Part shown: piece after piece, positions 1 to 9,060 of the stretch | Position numbering within the stretch: position 1 is the stretch's first letter | How the letters are laid out: each line of letters opens with the position of its first letter | Origin: Microthrixaceae bacterium | Lineage (GTDB): Bacteria > Actinomycetota > Acidimicrobiia > Acidimicrobiales > Microtrichaceae | Assembly: GCA_020845705.1 (NCBI GenBank) | Contig: JADLFH010000076.1 | Location: 32,277 to 96,276, forward strand | Reading direction: 5' to 3' | Length of the DNA: 64,000 nucleotides | Notes under the pieces: model-generated | Database searches by the model: none | Told to the model about the DNA's origin: nothing | The model's input: the letters and a program-made list of their open reading frames with translations, nothing else | Program-made: the position numbers and the translations under genes

Positions 1-35
1 CGAGCGATACCAGCGAGAGCGGCTCGCGCAGATCG

Positions 36-1574
36 TCAACGGGTGTTGCCTTGGCCATCGAACTCCTCCTGTTCCTCGTCCAACCCACGCGAAGTGCGAC
101 GCCGCAGCGCCCCGGCACGGTTCCACAGGCGCACCGTCGCATAGGAACGCCACGGTGCCCAGATCGCTGCGTCCACCTCGTGAAGTTGACGCCGGATGAT
201 CAAGTCGGTGCTCAACAGCACGTCGGGGTCGCCCAACGCACGCATCCTGATGTAGTCGACGGTCCATCTGCCCACTCCCCGAAGCGCCAGCAACCGTGCG
301 CAGGTCTCGTCACGATCGGCGCCCGGGTCCAAGGCCACATCACCCGAAACGACGGCCTGAGCCACACGCACGAGAGCCTGGGCTCGACCCAACGGCAAGG
401 GGAGCCGGGCCGGATCCAACGAGGCGACCCACTCGACATCTGGGAACAGGCCCGGCTCCACACCGGCGTCGACCAGCCGGGCGAGCGTACGTCTGGCAGA
501 GGCCAAAGACACCTGCTGGCCGACCACCGCCCTTGCTGCGATCTCCCAGCCGTCGAACCCTCCTGGAACCCGACCTCCCCGCGGACCGAGCGGCGCGAGC
601 GCCTCGTCGACCGCGACCGGGTCTGCATCCAGGTCCAGCATTCTGCGGCATCGCTGCGCTGCCGCGGACAAGTCACCGATCTCGTCGAGGCGCAGCTCGG
701 CTGCGACGTGATCCGCAGCGAAACGCAGTGCCACGACGGCCGACCCGCGCGGGAGACGGAGACGACGGCGGTACACCCCTTCCTCGAGCGACTCGACGCC
801 GTCGACTACGCGTGCAGCCAGGAACTCCCGCATCCCTGCGACGTCATAAGGAGGGCGGAAAGCCAGCCGAATGCGCACCACCCCTGGCCCACCCGCATCG
901 ACGACACCCGAACGGGCGCGCAGTTCCGAAGGCGTGGCAGCGAACACCTCACGTACCACCTCGTTGAACTGGCGAACGCTGCCGAAACCCGCCGCAAAGG
1001 CGGCTTGAGCGAACGGCAGGGAAGTGGTTTCGATGAGGATCCTCGCGCTCTGTGCGCGTTGGGCCCGAGCCAGCGCGTTCGCTCCGGTCCCCAGCTCGGC
1101 GGTGAGGATTCGGTTCAGTTGACGCTCGCTGTAGCCCAGCCTGGCCGCAAGGCCCCCGACCCCGTCGCGGTCGACCACGCCGTCAGCGATGAGCCGCATC
1201 GCGCGACCAACCACGTCGGATCGGATGTTCCACTCGGGTGATCCCGGCGACACGTCCGGACGGCACCGCTTGCAAGCCCGGAAACCACCGGCCTGGGCAG
1301 CCGCAGCGGTCGGGAAGAAGTGCATGTTCGCCCGCTTGGCGGGAGGAGCCGGGCAGGATGGACGGCAGTAGATGCCGGTCGACGCGACGGCGAACACGAA
1401 CCAACCGTCGAATCGGGCGTCGCGGCTACGACAAACCCGCTCGAGGTGATCACCGTCGAGTTGCACTCCGTCATTCTCACCTTGCTCACCGGGGTCGCGA
1501 TGGCGGAAATCGGACTTCGCTGTTCGAGATCCGAGGTCCCACGGACGGGGTGCACTTTGTTCAGCAGCGATCAT
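36..1574 (-). CDS. alkA: Ada Zn-domain + AraC HTH + AlkA (HhH-GPD) DNA-3-methyladenine glycosylase II fusion
   Basis: ORF 36..1946(-). 'FVFAVASTGIYCRPSCP...FRACKRCRPD' is an Ada Zn-binding domain. There is an AraC-type HTH 'LAARLGYSERQLNRIL'. The C-terminal 'LRGVGRWTVDYIRMRALGDPDVLLSTDLIIRR' is HhH-GPD. Start placed at ATG 1574, because the upstream part of the ORF is R/S-rich and collides with the divergent gene. Confidence 0.85.
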   Translation of the reverse strand: MIAAEQSAPRPWDLGSRTAKSDFRHRDPGEQGENDGVQLDGDHLERVCRSRDARFDGWFVFAVASTGIYCRPSCPAPPAKRANMHFFPTAAAAQAGGFRACKRCRPDVSPGSPEWNIRSDVVGRAMRLIADGVVDRDGVGGLAARLGYSERQLNRILTAELGTGANALARAQRAQSARILIETTSLPFAQAAFAAGFGSVRQFNEVVREVFAATPSELRARSGVVDAGGPGVVRIRLAFRPPYDVAGMREFLAARVVDGVESLEEGVYRRRLRLPRGSAVVALRFAADHVAAELRLDEIGDLSAAAQRCRRMLDLDADPVAVDEALAPLGPRGGRVPGGFDGWEIAARAVVGQQVSLASARRTLARLVDAGVEPGLFPDVEWVASLDPARLPLPLGRAQALVRVAQAVVSGDVALDPGADRDETCARLLALRGVGRWTVDYIRMRALGDPDVLLSTDLIIRRQLHEVDAAIWAPWRSYATVRLWNRAGALRRRTSRGLDEEQEEFDGQGNTR

Positions 1575-1596
1575 CGCCCGCCGATGAACACCGGCA

Positions 1597-4500
1597 GTGA
1601 CCCACGTAGAGCATGAAGACGCGCCCTCCGGGGCGATGGCGCCACCTGGCGCGCCCGACCCGTTCGGGAAGGGCCTCTGGGAGCGCGTCGCACGCGCCAC
1701 ACCCCAGGTCACGGTGCTGGTGGACCACGAGCTGGTGGTCCGGTTCTGTTCGGATTCGGTCCGTGAATTGGTCGGTCTCGAAGCCGAGGATCTCACAGAC
1801 GTCTCCCTCGCCCGCGTCGTCCACACCGAGGACTGGGATCGTCTCGTCCGGGCGATCCACAACCTGCAACAGGGTGTCGAGTCGGTCCACTTCGAATGTC
1901 GGATCCTGTTGGGCGACGCCACGTACCACGAGATCGACATCACCATCCGCAGCTTCGAGCATCACGAGCTCACCTGGTTCGTCATGACGGGTCGCGATAT
2001 CACCGAAAGCCGAGCGAACGCCGCGGCTCTCGAACGCAAGATCCACCTCGAGGAGATGATCGAGAAGGTTCAACGACGTTTCATCCACGTCGCAGCCGAC
2101 GACATGGACGACGCGCTCGGCTGGGCCCTTCGTGAGATCGGACGCTTCCTGGGTTCGGACCGGGCCTACCTCCTTCGCTACGACCTCGACGCCCGAACCG
2201 AGTCGATGACCCACGAATGGTGCGGGGTTGGAACCGTCGCGCAGATCGACGAGTACCAAGGGATCTCCCTGAGCGAGTGGCCGTTGCTCACCGACCTGTC
2301 ATTCGCAGGTGAGACGATTGCCATCAAGGACATCTCAGCCCTCGACGGCATGTGGGCCGCGGATCGCGAAGCACTCCTCGAGGACGGACTCGTGTCGATC
2401 CTCGAGTTCCCGATCATCATCGGCGGCCATACCGTTGGAAGTCTTGGCTTCGACTGGAGGAGGGAGACGGCAAGCTGGACGACCGACGACCTGGTCGCGC
2501 TCCGGATGTTCGCGTCCACCTTCGCGCAGCTGATAGCCCGCAAGCGGGCGACGGCCGAACTGAACCGCACCGTCGAGCAACTCCGTGTCGGTTTCGAGGA
2601 ATCACCTGTTCCCATCGCACTGCTGTCGGCCGACGGCCGGATCCAGCGGGTGAACGACGAGCTGTGCAGCCTGGTGGGCTTCCCCCGCAACACGCTGGAG
2701 GGCGCCCACGCGGGAATCCTCATTGCAGCCGGTGACCGCGCGTCGGTGCTGGTATGGGCCCAGGGATGGATGAACCGTCTGGCACACGGCTTGGAAGGGG
2801 ACGGCACGCCCCGTCACCAGTGTGAGCTCGCAACCGGCCATGGCCGTCGGGTGTTCGCCGAGTTCTTCCCCCGCGCCGTGCACGACCTCGCAGGACGAAT
2901 CGTCAACTACGTGGTGAGGATCGACGACATCACATCGGTTCTTGCAGCGAAGGCCGCTCTCGACGAGAGCGAGACGCGCTTCGCGACCTTGGTGAGCAAC
3001 CTCCCGTTCCCTGTCATTCGCATGAGCCCACAGGGCCAGACGGTCTTCGCGAATGTCGCCGCGGCGCGGCTTCTCTCCCTGCGCGAGGGCGACCAGGCTC
3101 GCTTCGATCCCGCGGCACAAGCATCCCTCGACGCCGCTCGAATCACAGCACTGGCCACCGGCGAGCCGCAGACCACCTCTCATGAGCTCCGGACATCCAA
3201 CGGGGTGAGGTACTTCATGAGCCGCTTCGTGCCTGAGCGCGGCGACGACGGCACCACCAGCTCGCTTCTGTTGTTCTCGATCGATCTGACCGAGCGGCGA
3301 CGCCATGAGGCGGAGCTGGCTCACCGCGCAACCCACGATCATCTGACCGATCTACCGAACAGGGCGGCTTTCCTGACACGCCTGGAGATCGCCCTCGATC
3401 AGCTCAACGACGCGTCCTCGATGCCCGCCGTGCTGTTCCTGGACCTCGATCGCTTCAAGGTCGTAAACGACTCGTTGGGTCACCGCGTCGGTGACGACCT
3501 GTTGATCGCGTTGAGCCGCCGCCTCGTCGCCGTGCTAGGACCCGATGATGTCCTAGCCCGCCTCGGCGGCGACGAGTTCGCTGTCCTGCTCACCTCCCCC
3601 TCAGACGAGGACGGGATCCATCGACTCACCGAGGAGATCCAAGCGGCGCTGGCCGAGCCCGTCATCCTGGAGCATCGATCGCTGTCGGTCGCCTGCTCCA
3701 TCGGGGTCGCGATAGCGCGGGACAGGTCGGTGACGGCAGCCGAGATGATGCAGTGGGCCGATGCTGCGATGTACCGGGCAAAGGAGTCTGGTCGCAATCG
3801 TGTCTCGATCTTCGACGACGACCTCGCTGCGGCGGTGCGTGACCGCCTCGAGCTCGACCAACGGCTCCGCCACGCGGTGGAACGACATGAGTTCGAGGTG
3901 CACTTCCAACCAGAGGTCGACCTGGAATCGGGCGAGGTACTCGGAGCCGAGGCGCTGTTGCGTTGGCGTAGCCCCGACGGCCTCGTGAGCGCGGCTTCCT
4001 TCATCGGTCTGGCCGAGGACAACGGGCTCATCATCCCCATCGGCGCCTGGGTGCTCGAACAGGCGTGCCGCCAGGCCGCCGACTGGACCAGACGCTTCCC
4101 CCACCAGCCCATCACGATGCGGGTGAACCTCTCGGCCAGACAGCTCGACGACCACCAACTCGTCGATCAGGTGTGCGAGATCCTCGATCGCAGCGGACTT
4201 GATCCCTCCAGCCTCTGTCTCGAGATAACCGAGACGGCGCTGATGGCCGATGCCGAAGCGAGCCGCTCCATCCTGGAAGCGCTGGACCGCCTCGGAGTGT
4301 CACTCGCCGTCGACGACTTCGGCACCGGGTATTCGTCACTCAGCTATCTCAAGCAGTTCCCCGTGGATGTCCTGAAGATCGATCGCTCCTTCGTGGAGGG
4401 CCTGCCGGGCGACGACGAGAACCTCGCGATCGTGGCCACGATCATCCAGCTCGCGCAGTCGCTGGGCATGGACGTGACCGCCGAGGGCATCGAGAAGGCC

Positions 4501-4608
4501 GAGCAGGCGGAGCTGCTCACCCAGATGGGTTGCCCACGCGGTCAGGGATTCCTCTACGCCCGACCGATGCCCGCAGCCGACTTCGAACATCTCCTCGACC
4601 CGGGCTGA
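1597..4608 (+). CDS. PAS/GAF/PAS sensor protein with GGDEF diguanylate cyclase and EAL phosphodiesterase domains
   Basis: 1003-aa ORF with 'RLGGDEFAVLL' (GGDEF) and 'EALLRW', 'DDFGTGYSSLSYL', 'KIDRSF' (EAL). The N-terminal two thirds are PAS/GAF-like. GTG start at 1597, with an in-frame ATG alternative at 1636. Confidence 0.9.
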   Translation: MTHVEHEDAPSGAMAPPGAPDPFGKGLWERVARATPQVTVLVDHELVVRFCSDSVRELVGLEAEDLTDVSLARVVHTEDWDRLVRAIHNLQQGVESVHFECRILLGDATYHEIDITIRSFEHHELTWFVMTGRDITESRANAAALERKIHLEEMIEKVQRRFIHVAADDMDDALGWALREIGRFLGSDRAYLLRYDLDARTESMTHEWCGVGTVAQIDEYQGISLSEWPLLTDLSFAGETIAIKDISALDGMWAADREALLEDGLVSILEFPIIIGGHTVGSLGFDWRRETASWTTDDLVALRMFASTFAQLIARKRATAELNRTVEQLRVGFEESPVPIALLSADGRIQRVNDELCSLVGFPRNTLEGAHAGILIAAGDRASVLVWAQGWMNRLAHGLEGDGTPRHQCELATGHGRRVFAEFFPRAVHDLAGRIVNYVVRIDDITSVLAAKAALDESETRFATLVSNLPFPVIRMSPQGQTVFANVAAARLLSLREGDQARFDPAAQASLDAARITALATGEPQTTSHELRTSNGVRYFMSRFVPERGDDGTTSSLLLFSIDLTERRRHEAELAHRATHDHLTDLPNRAAFLTRLEIALDQLNDASSMPAVLFLDLDRFKVVNDSLGHRVGDDLLIALSRRLVAVLGPDDVLARLGGDEFAVLLTSPSDEDGIHRLTEEIQAALAEPVILEHRSLSVACSIGVAIARDRSVTAAEMMQWADAAMYRAKESGRNRVSIFDDDLAAAVRDRLELDQRLRHAVERHEFEVHFQPEVDLESGEVLGAEALLRWRSPDGLVSAASFIGLAEDNGLIIPIGAWVLEQACRQAADWTRRFPHQPITMRVNLSARQLDDHQLVDQVCEILDRSGLDPSSLCLEITETALMADAEASRSILEALDRLGVSLAVDDFGTGYSSLSYLKQFPVDVLKIDRSFVEGLPGDDENLAIVATIIQLAQSLGMDVTAEGIEKAEQAELLTQMGCPRGQGFLYARPMPAADFEHLLDPG

Positions 4609-4616
4609 AGCCCCGC

Positions 4617-5762
4617 TCAGCGCGAATCGGCCACGGGCGCCGGCGCCCCCTTCAACCAACGTCGGCCGAAGAGGAAGATCACCGGCAGGGTGAACAGCAA
4701 GGGCCCGACGAAGGAGACCGGCCGAAACAGCCACCATCGCAGATCCGGTTGCCGTTTCGAGTAGAGCCCCACGCTCCGACCCAGCCAGAAGGCGATGGCG
4801 AGGCCGGTCGAGTGGAAGAGGAACAGCGGCATCGAGAACCGGTTGATCAGCCGATTCATCGCCGACCACCGCTCTCTCGTCTCGAGCCGGTCCAGAACCC
4901 GGTCACGGATCAGAGCCGCGATCCCCGCCTGGAAGAACACGAGGGCGACGATGCACATGGTGGGCGGCGCCATGTTGGAGAACTTGTCGCCCGGCACGCC
5001 GACCATCGAGCCGGGGTACCGATCCGAGTACACGAGTGCGGCCAGCCCGAAGAGGCCGCCCAGGGCCAGGGACCAAGCCACCCTTCTGTGAGCATTGACG
5101 ATCCGCTCGTAGAAGAAGCCGAGCTGATGTGCCGCGCCCCACACCAACACCATGTTGAGCATCGCGAAGTTGTTCCAGTCGTGGCGGAAACGGGTGACGT
5201 CGACCAGCCAGGCGAGCCCGATCAGAACCACCAGCACGACCACGTCGAAGCGGTCGTGGAGCCACTCGAAGATGGGGAACAGAGCGATGATCACCAGATA
5301 CGCCGCGATGAACCACAACGGGCTGATGACCAGCTTCACCGCGTTGCCGATCCACGCAGAGTCGTAGCGGATCGAGACCAAGACGCCGAGACCGATCCAG
5401 GTGCCCGCGAGCGCGAGCGACGGCGCTGCCAGTTGCCTCACCCGACTCCAGACGAAGCTGCCGATCGTGGCGCCATGCGCCTCCTTCGCTCGCCAGGCCA
5501 CGAGGTTCGAAAAGCCACCCACGAAGAAGAACAGTGGCATCACCTGCAACAACCACGTCATGGTCCACAGCCCCTCGGTGAAACCGATCGGACTCGTGGC
5601 ATGAGGCCCGTCGGGGCGCCAGCGGATCAGGGTGAAGCACCAATGCCAGGCGACGACCACCAACAGGCTGAAGGCCCGCACGAAATCGATGAAGGTGTCC
5701 CTGCCGACCGAAGGTTTCGCAGTGGGCTCGGTGAGCACCGCCGCGTCCGGGGCATGGTCCAT
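4617..5762 (-). CDS. acyltransferase family 3 (OafA/YrhL-like) integral membrane protein
   Basis: 'FIDFVRAFSLLVVVAWHW' N-terminal motif followed by many hydrophobic segments. Start set at ATG 5762 (MDHAPD...). The ORF is open to 5972, but that extension looks non-coding. Confidence 0.8.
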   Translation of the reverse strand: MDHAPDAAVLTEPTAKPSVGRDTFIDFVRAFSLLVVVAWHWCFTLIRWRPDGPHATSPIGFTEGLWTMTWLLQVMPLFFFVGGFSNLVAWRAKEAHGATIGSFVWSRVRQLAAPSLALAGTWIGLGVLVSIRYDSAWIGNAVKLVISPLWFIAAYLVIIALFPIFEWLHDRFDVVVLVVLIGLAWLVDVTRFRHDWNNFAMLNMVLVWGAAHQLGFFYERIVNAHRRVAWSLALGGLFGLAALVYSDRYPGSMVGVPGDKFSNMAPPTMCIVALVFFQAGIAALIRDRVLDRLETRERWSAMNRLINRFSMPLFLFHSTGLAIAFWLGRSVGLYSKRQPDLRWWLFRPVSFVGPLLFTLPVIFLFGRRWLKGAPAPVADSR

Positions 5763-5831
5763 GCGGACACAGTAGAAGTACGATTCCCCGCTGTGGTGCC
5801 CGCAGCATCCGATGTCACCGCCGCACCGGCA

Positions 5832-6509
5832 GTGACCGCTGTCGGGGTCCTCGCGGCTGCGAACGTCGTGTCGAATCGGGTGCTGCCCCGCTCCTGGTAC
5901 GTGCCGTGGAACATGGCCGTGGCACTCGGCTTGACGGTTATCGCCTTGGGTTGGGACCGCCGATCGCCACATGAGGTCGGCTTCGTCGAGTGGCGCCAGG
6001 GCCTCCGGTGGGGTGCCGGCACCGCCGGCGGGGTCACAGCCCTGTATCTGTGCGGCCTGGCGCTGCCTGCGACACGCGAGCTATTCGACGACGATCGTGC
6101 ATCCGAGGAGTTGTCGCGCCTGTTGTTCGACGCGTTCGTGGCCGTTCCGCTGGGCACGGTGGTCCTCGAGGAGGTCGCCTTCCGCGGGGTCGTTCCCGCC
6201 CTGTTCGAGTCGCGCTGGGGACCCAGGGCGGGAGTCGGTGGCGCCGCCGCGCTCTTCGGCCTCTGGCATGTGCTCCCCTCATGGACGCTCGGTTCAGCCA
6301 ACGCCGGGGTGCGGACCGCAGTCGAGGGCCCCTCCGGCCGACTCCTGACCGTCACCGGATCCGTGCTCGGAACCGCCGCCGCGGGCGTGGCCTTCTCCTG
6401 GTTGCGACGGCGTTCCGGAAGCCTCCTGGCGCCGGTCATCCTCCACACCTCGACCAATAGCCTCGGCTACCTGCTCGCCGGAGCGCTCCGCCATTGGCGC
6501 GCCTCCTGA
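5832..6509 (+). CDS. CPBP family intramembrane glutamic endopeptidase (CAAX protease-like)
   Basis: The C-terminal part of ORF 4530..6509 carries 'EEVAFRGVV', 'LFGLWHV' and 'ILHTSTNS' CPBP motifs. Start is uncertain: GTG 5832 is chosen because ATG 5754 would overlap the divergent acyltransferase start by 9 bp. Confidence 0.75.
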   Translation: MTAVGVLAAANVVSNRVLPRSWYVPWNMAVALGLTVIALGWDRRSPHEVGFVEWRQGLRWGAGTAGGVTALYLCGLALPATRELFDDDRASEELSRLLFDAFVAVPLGTVVLEEVAFRGVVPALFESRWGPRAGVGGAAALFGLWHVLPSWTLGSANAGVRTAVEGPSGRLLTVTGSVLGTAAAGVAFSWLRRRSGSLLAPVILHTSTNSLGYLLAGALRHWRAS

Positions 6510-6555
6510 AGGGGCGGAACAGTACGGTGGTGCCACCTGGAGGTGGCCTGCGCAG

Positions 6556-7005
6556 ATGGAATCCGAAGACGTGATGAAAGTCGCCTGGTTCGTCCTGGCA
6601 GCAGTCCTCGCAGCGGCAGAGATCGCGTTACCCGGCTTCGTCCTCCTGCCGTTCGGCATCGGCGCGGTCGGCGCCGCTGTGGCCGCTCTCGCCGGCGCGG
6701 ATCTGTTGATCCAGCTCGTCGTGTTCCTCCTGGTCTCGATCGTCGCCTTCGCCGCGCTTCGCCCTGTCGCTGCCCGACTCAACCGCGGGTCACAGCCTGC
6801 CGGTGTCGGTGCGAATCGCCTGATCGACCAGCAGGGTTCGGTCCTGGAGCAACTCGGCCCCGACGATCCCGGTCTGGTGCGAATCGACCGCGAGACCTGG
6901 CGGGCCGAGAGCGCCGACGGCTCCACCATGACGCCCGGCACTTCGGTGCGGGTCGTCGAGGTGCGCGGCACCCGCGTCTTCGTCATCCCCCAGAGTCCCG
7001 AGTAG
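6556..7005 (+). CDS. NfeD family membrane protein
   Basis: Two N-terminal TM helices plus a C-terminal OB-like 'GTSVRVVEVRGTRVFV'. It lies directly upstream of an SPFH gene, which is the classic NfeD-stomatin operon. Confidence 0.8.
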   Translation: MESEDVMKVAWFVLAAVLAAAEIALPGFVLLPFGIGAVGAAVAALAGADLLIQLVVFLLVSIVAFAALRPVAARLNRGSQPAGVGANRLIDQQGSVLEQLGPDDPGLVRIDRETWRAESADGSTMTPGTSVRVVEVRGTRVFVIPQSPE

Positions 7006-7029
7006 GGCTCGTCAATTCAAGGAGACCCC

Positions 7030-8067
7030 ATGAGCGTCGGCATCGCGATCCTGGTGGTGATCGCAGTGTTCCTGCTGATCATCGCCCTCGCCGGAATCAG
7101 GATCGTCCGCCCCTACCAGCGGGGGATCATCGAACAGCTGGGCAAGTACAAGGCCACCGTCGAGCCCGGCCTGCACGTGATCATCCCCTTCATCCAACAG
7201 TTCCAGTCCGTGGACATGCGTGAGCAGGTGGTGGACGTGCCGCCACAGGAGGTCATCACCTCCGACAACGTGATCGTGTCGGTGGATGCCGTCATCTACT
7301 ACGAGCCCACCGACCCACAACGGCTCGTGTACAACGTGGCGAACTTCATCGTCGCCATCATCAAGCTGGCCCAGACGAACCTCCGCAACGTCATCGGCGA
7401 CATGAGCCTCGACGACGCCCTTACCAGCCGCGATCAGCTCAACATGAACCTGCGCCAGATCCTCGACGACGCTACCGACAAGTGGGGTGTGAGGGTGATG
7501 CGGGTGGAGATCCAACGGATCGATCCGCCACCCGATGTCATGTCGGCCATGCACGAGCAGATGAAGGCCGAGCGGAACCGTCGCGCTCAGGTCCTCACCG
7601 CCGACGGCACCCGCGAGGCGGCGATCCTCTCCGCAGAGGGCCAGAAGCAGGCCGCCATCCTCACCGCCGAGGGCGTTCGCCAGCGCCAGATCCTCGAGGC
7701 GCAGGGCCAGGCGCAGGCGGCACGCGAGCTTGCCGACGCGGAGCGTTACCGACAGGAGACGATCGCGGCCGGGGAGGCGCTGGCGATCGAGCAGGTGTAC
7801 GAGGCGATCCACCGGGGCGAGCCCACCAACGACCTGCTGGCGATCAAGTACCTCGATGCGCTGCGGTCGATCGCCAATGGGCGCGCGACCAAGATCTTCC
7901 TCCCACTGGACACCGGCGGGCTCTACGGCACACTGGCCGGAGTGGCCGAGTTGTTCCGCGACGGGCCGGGCGCAGGCGTGCCGAGCGCTTCTCGGCCGCC
8001 GCGTGAGGAGGTTCCGGCCCCTGTGTTCACGCCCGTCCAACAACCAGTTGCCCCACCGCAAGTCTGA
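7030..8067 (+). CDS. SPFH/Band 7 (stomatin/prohibitin-like) protein
   Basis: N-terminal TM helix and 'IRIVRPYQRGIIEQLGKY...VDMREQV' SPFH core, followed by an Ala/Glu-rich coiled coil. AAGGAGA RBS about 7 nt upstream of the ATG. Confidence 0.9.
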   Translation: MSVGIAILVVIAVFLLIIALAGIRIVRPYQRGIIEQLGKYKATVEPGLHVIIPFIQQFQSVDMREQVVDVPPQEVITSDNVIVSVDAVIYYEPTDPQRLVYNVANFIVAIIKLAQTNLRNVIGDMSLDDALTSRDQLNMNLRQILDDATDKWGVRVMRVEIQRIDPPPDVMSAMHEQMKAERNRRAQVLTADGTREAAILSAEGQKQAAILTAEGVRQRQILEAQGQAQAARELADAERYRQETIAAGEALAIEQVYEAIHRGEPTNDLLAIKYLDALRSIANGRATKIFLPLDTGGLYGTLAGVAELFRDGPGAGVPSASRPPREEVPAPVFTPVQQPVAPPQV

Positions 8068-8107
8068 GCCACCCTCCCCCGGAGATGGGGGTTCGAAACT
8101 CCGGCGA

Positions 8108-9019
8108 TCAGGACTCGCGGGCCATGAAGGCGATGACGACCGCGGCGAGTTCCGCGCCCCGGTCCTCCTGGATGAAGTGGCCGGCACCCTCGATAGTCAC
8201 GTGGGCCTGGCCGCCGGCACCGGGGATCTCGGCTCGCAACACACGATCCGCTCCAGCGGTGATGGGATCGGAGTCGCCGAACGCGCAGAGGAACGGGCGG
8301 TTGAAGCGTCGGAGCACCTCCCATGCCCCACGGTTGTCGTCGCTCGCGGGATCGTCCGGGGTGGCCGGAACCAGGGTCGGGAACTGACGCGCCCCCTCTT
8401 TGTAGGCCTCGTCGGGGAACGGAGCGTCGTATGCAGCCATCACCTCCGGTGTCAGATCAGTGGTGCAGCCGCTGTTCACTATGAATCCGGTGGGGAACGT
8501 CTCGACGTTCTGGGAGAAGTCACGCCAGGCCCGGAAGGCGTCGCCCGGGTCTCGGTCACCGGTCGGCAGGAAGGTGTTCGCCGCCACGACCCCTACGAAG
8601 CGCTCCGGCTCCTCCGCCACGAGCCGCAGCCCGATCAGCCCGCCCCAGTCCTGACACACCAGCGTGATGCCGTCCAGATCCAGAGCACCGAAAAGCGCCG
8701 CGCCCATCCACTCCACATGTAGGGCGTAGGTGTAGTCACCTCGCATCGAGGGCTTGTCGGATCGACCGAAGCCGACCAGATCCGGGGCGATCACCCGGTG
8801 ACCCGCCGCGACCAGCGGCGGGATCATGTGGCGGTACAGGTAGCACCACGACGGCTCGCCGTGGAGGCACAACACAACGGCGCCGTCGCTGGGTCCTTCG
8901 TCCAGGTAGTGAACTCGAAGGGTTCCACCGTCACCGTCGTCGATCTCCACGTAATGCGGGGCGAAGTCGAAGCCGGGCAGGTTCGCGAAACGCTCGTCGG
9001 GTGTGCGCAGATGCTGCAT
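8108..9019 (-). CDS. haloalkane dehalogenase (HLD-I, DhlA/DmbB-like alpha/beta hydrolase)
   Basis: 'FANLPGFDFAPHYV...LHGEPSWCYLYRHMIPPL...APDLVGFGRSDKP...VCQDWGG' closely follows the DhlA-type N-terminus and nucleophile-Asp motif as I recall them. Confidence 0.8.
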   Translation of the reverse strand: MQHLRTPDERFANLPGFDFAPHYVEIDDGDGGTLRVHYLDEGPSDGAVVLCLHGEPSWCYLYRHMIPPLVAAGHRVIAPDLVGFGRSDKPSMRGDYTYALHVEWMGAALFGALDLDGITLVCQDWGGLIGLRLVAEEPERFVGVVAANTFLPTGDRDPGDAFRAWRDFSQNVETFPTGFIVNSGCTTDLTPEVMAAYDAPFPDEAYKEGARQFPTLVPATPDDPASDDNRGAWEVLRRFNRPFLCAFGDSDPITAGADRVLRAEIPGAGGQAHVTIEGAGHFIQEDRGAELAAVVIAFMARES

Positions 9020-9060
9020 CGGGTTCCCTTCAGTTGGGGCTCGTGAGACTTGCAGGGGAG

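Noticed and set aside
4530-5753. The first 408 codons of the 659-aa plus-strand ORF 4530..6509.
   Set aside because: It runs antisense to the well-supported acyltransferase gene. The composition is R/E/H/P/D-rich and low in complexity, and there are no motifs. This is a typical high-GC shadow frame. Only the CPBP part after about 5754 is credible.
8085-8100. GGTTCGAAACTCC, a tRNA T-loop-like string between the SPFH and dehalogenase genes.
   Set aside because: The flanking bases do not form a T-stem, acceptor stem or anticodon arm, so this is not a tRNA.
7012-8187. A 391-aa minus-strand ORF.
   Set aside because: It is antisense to the SPFH gene, is rich in L/D/H/G/R and has no motifs, so it is a shadow ORF.
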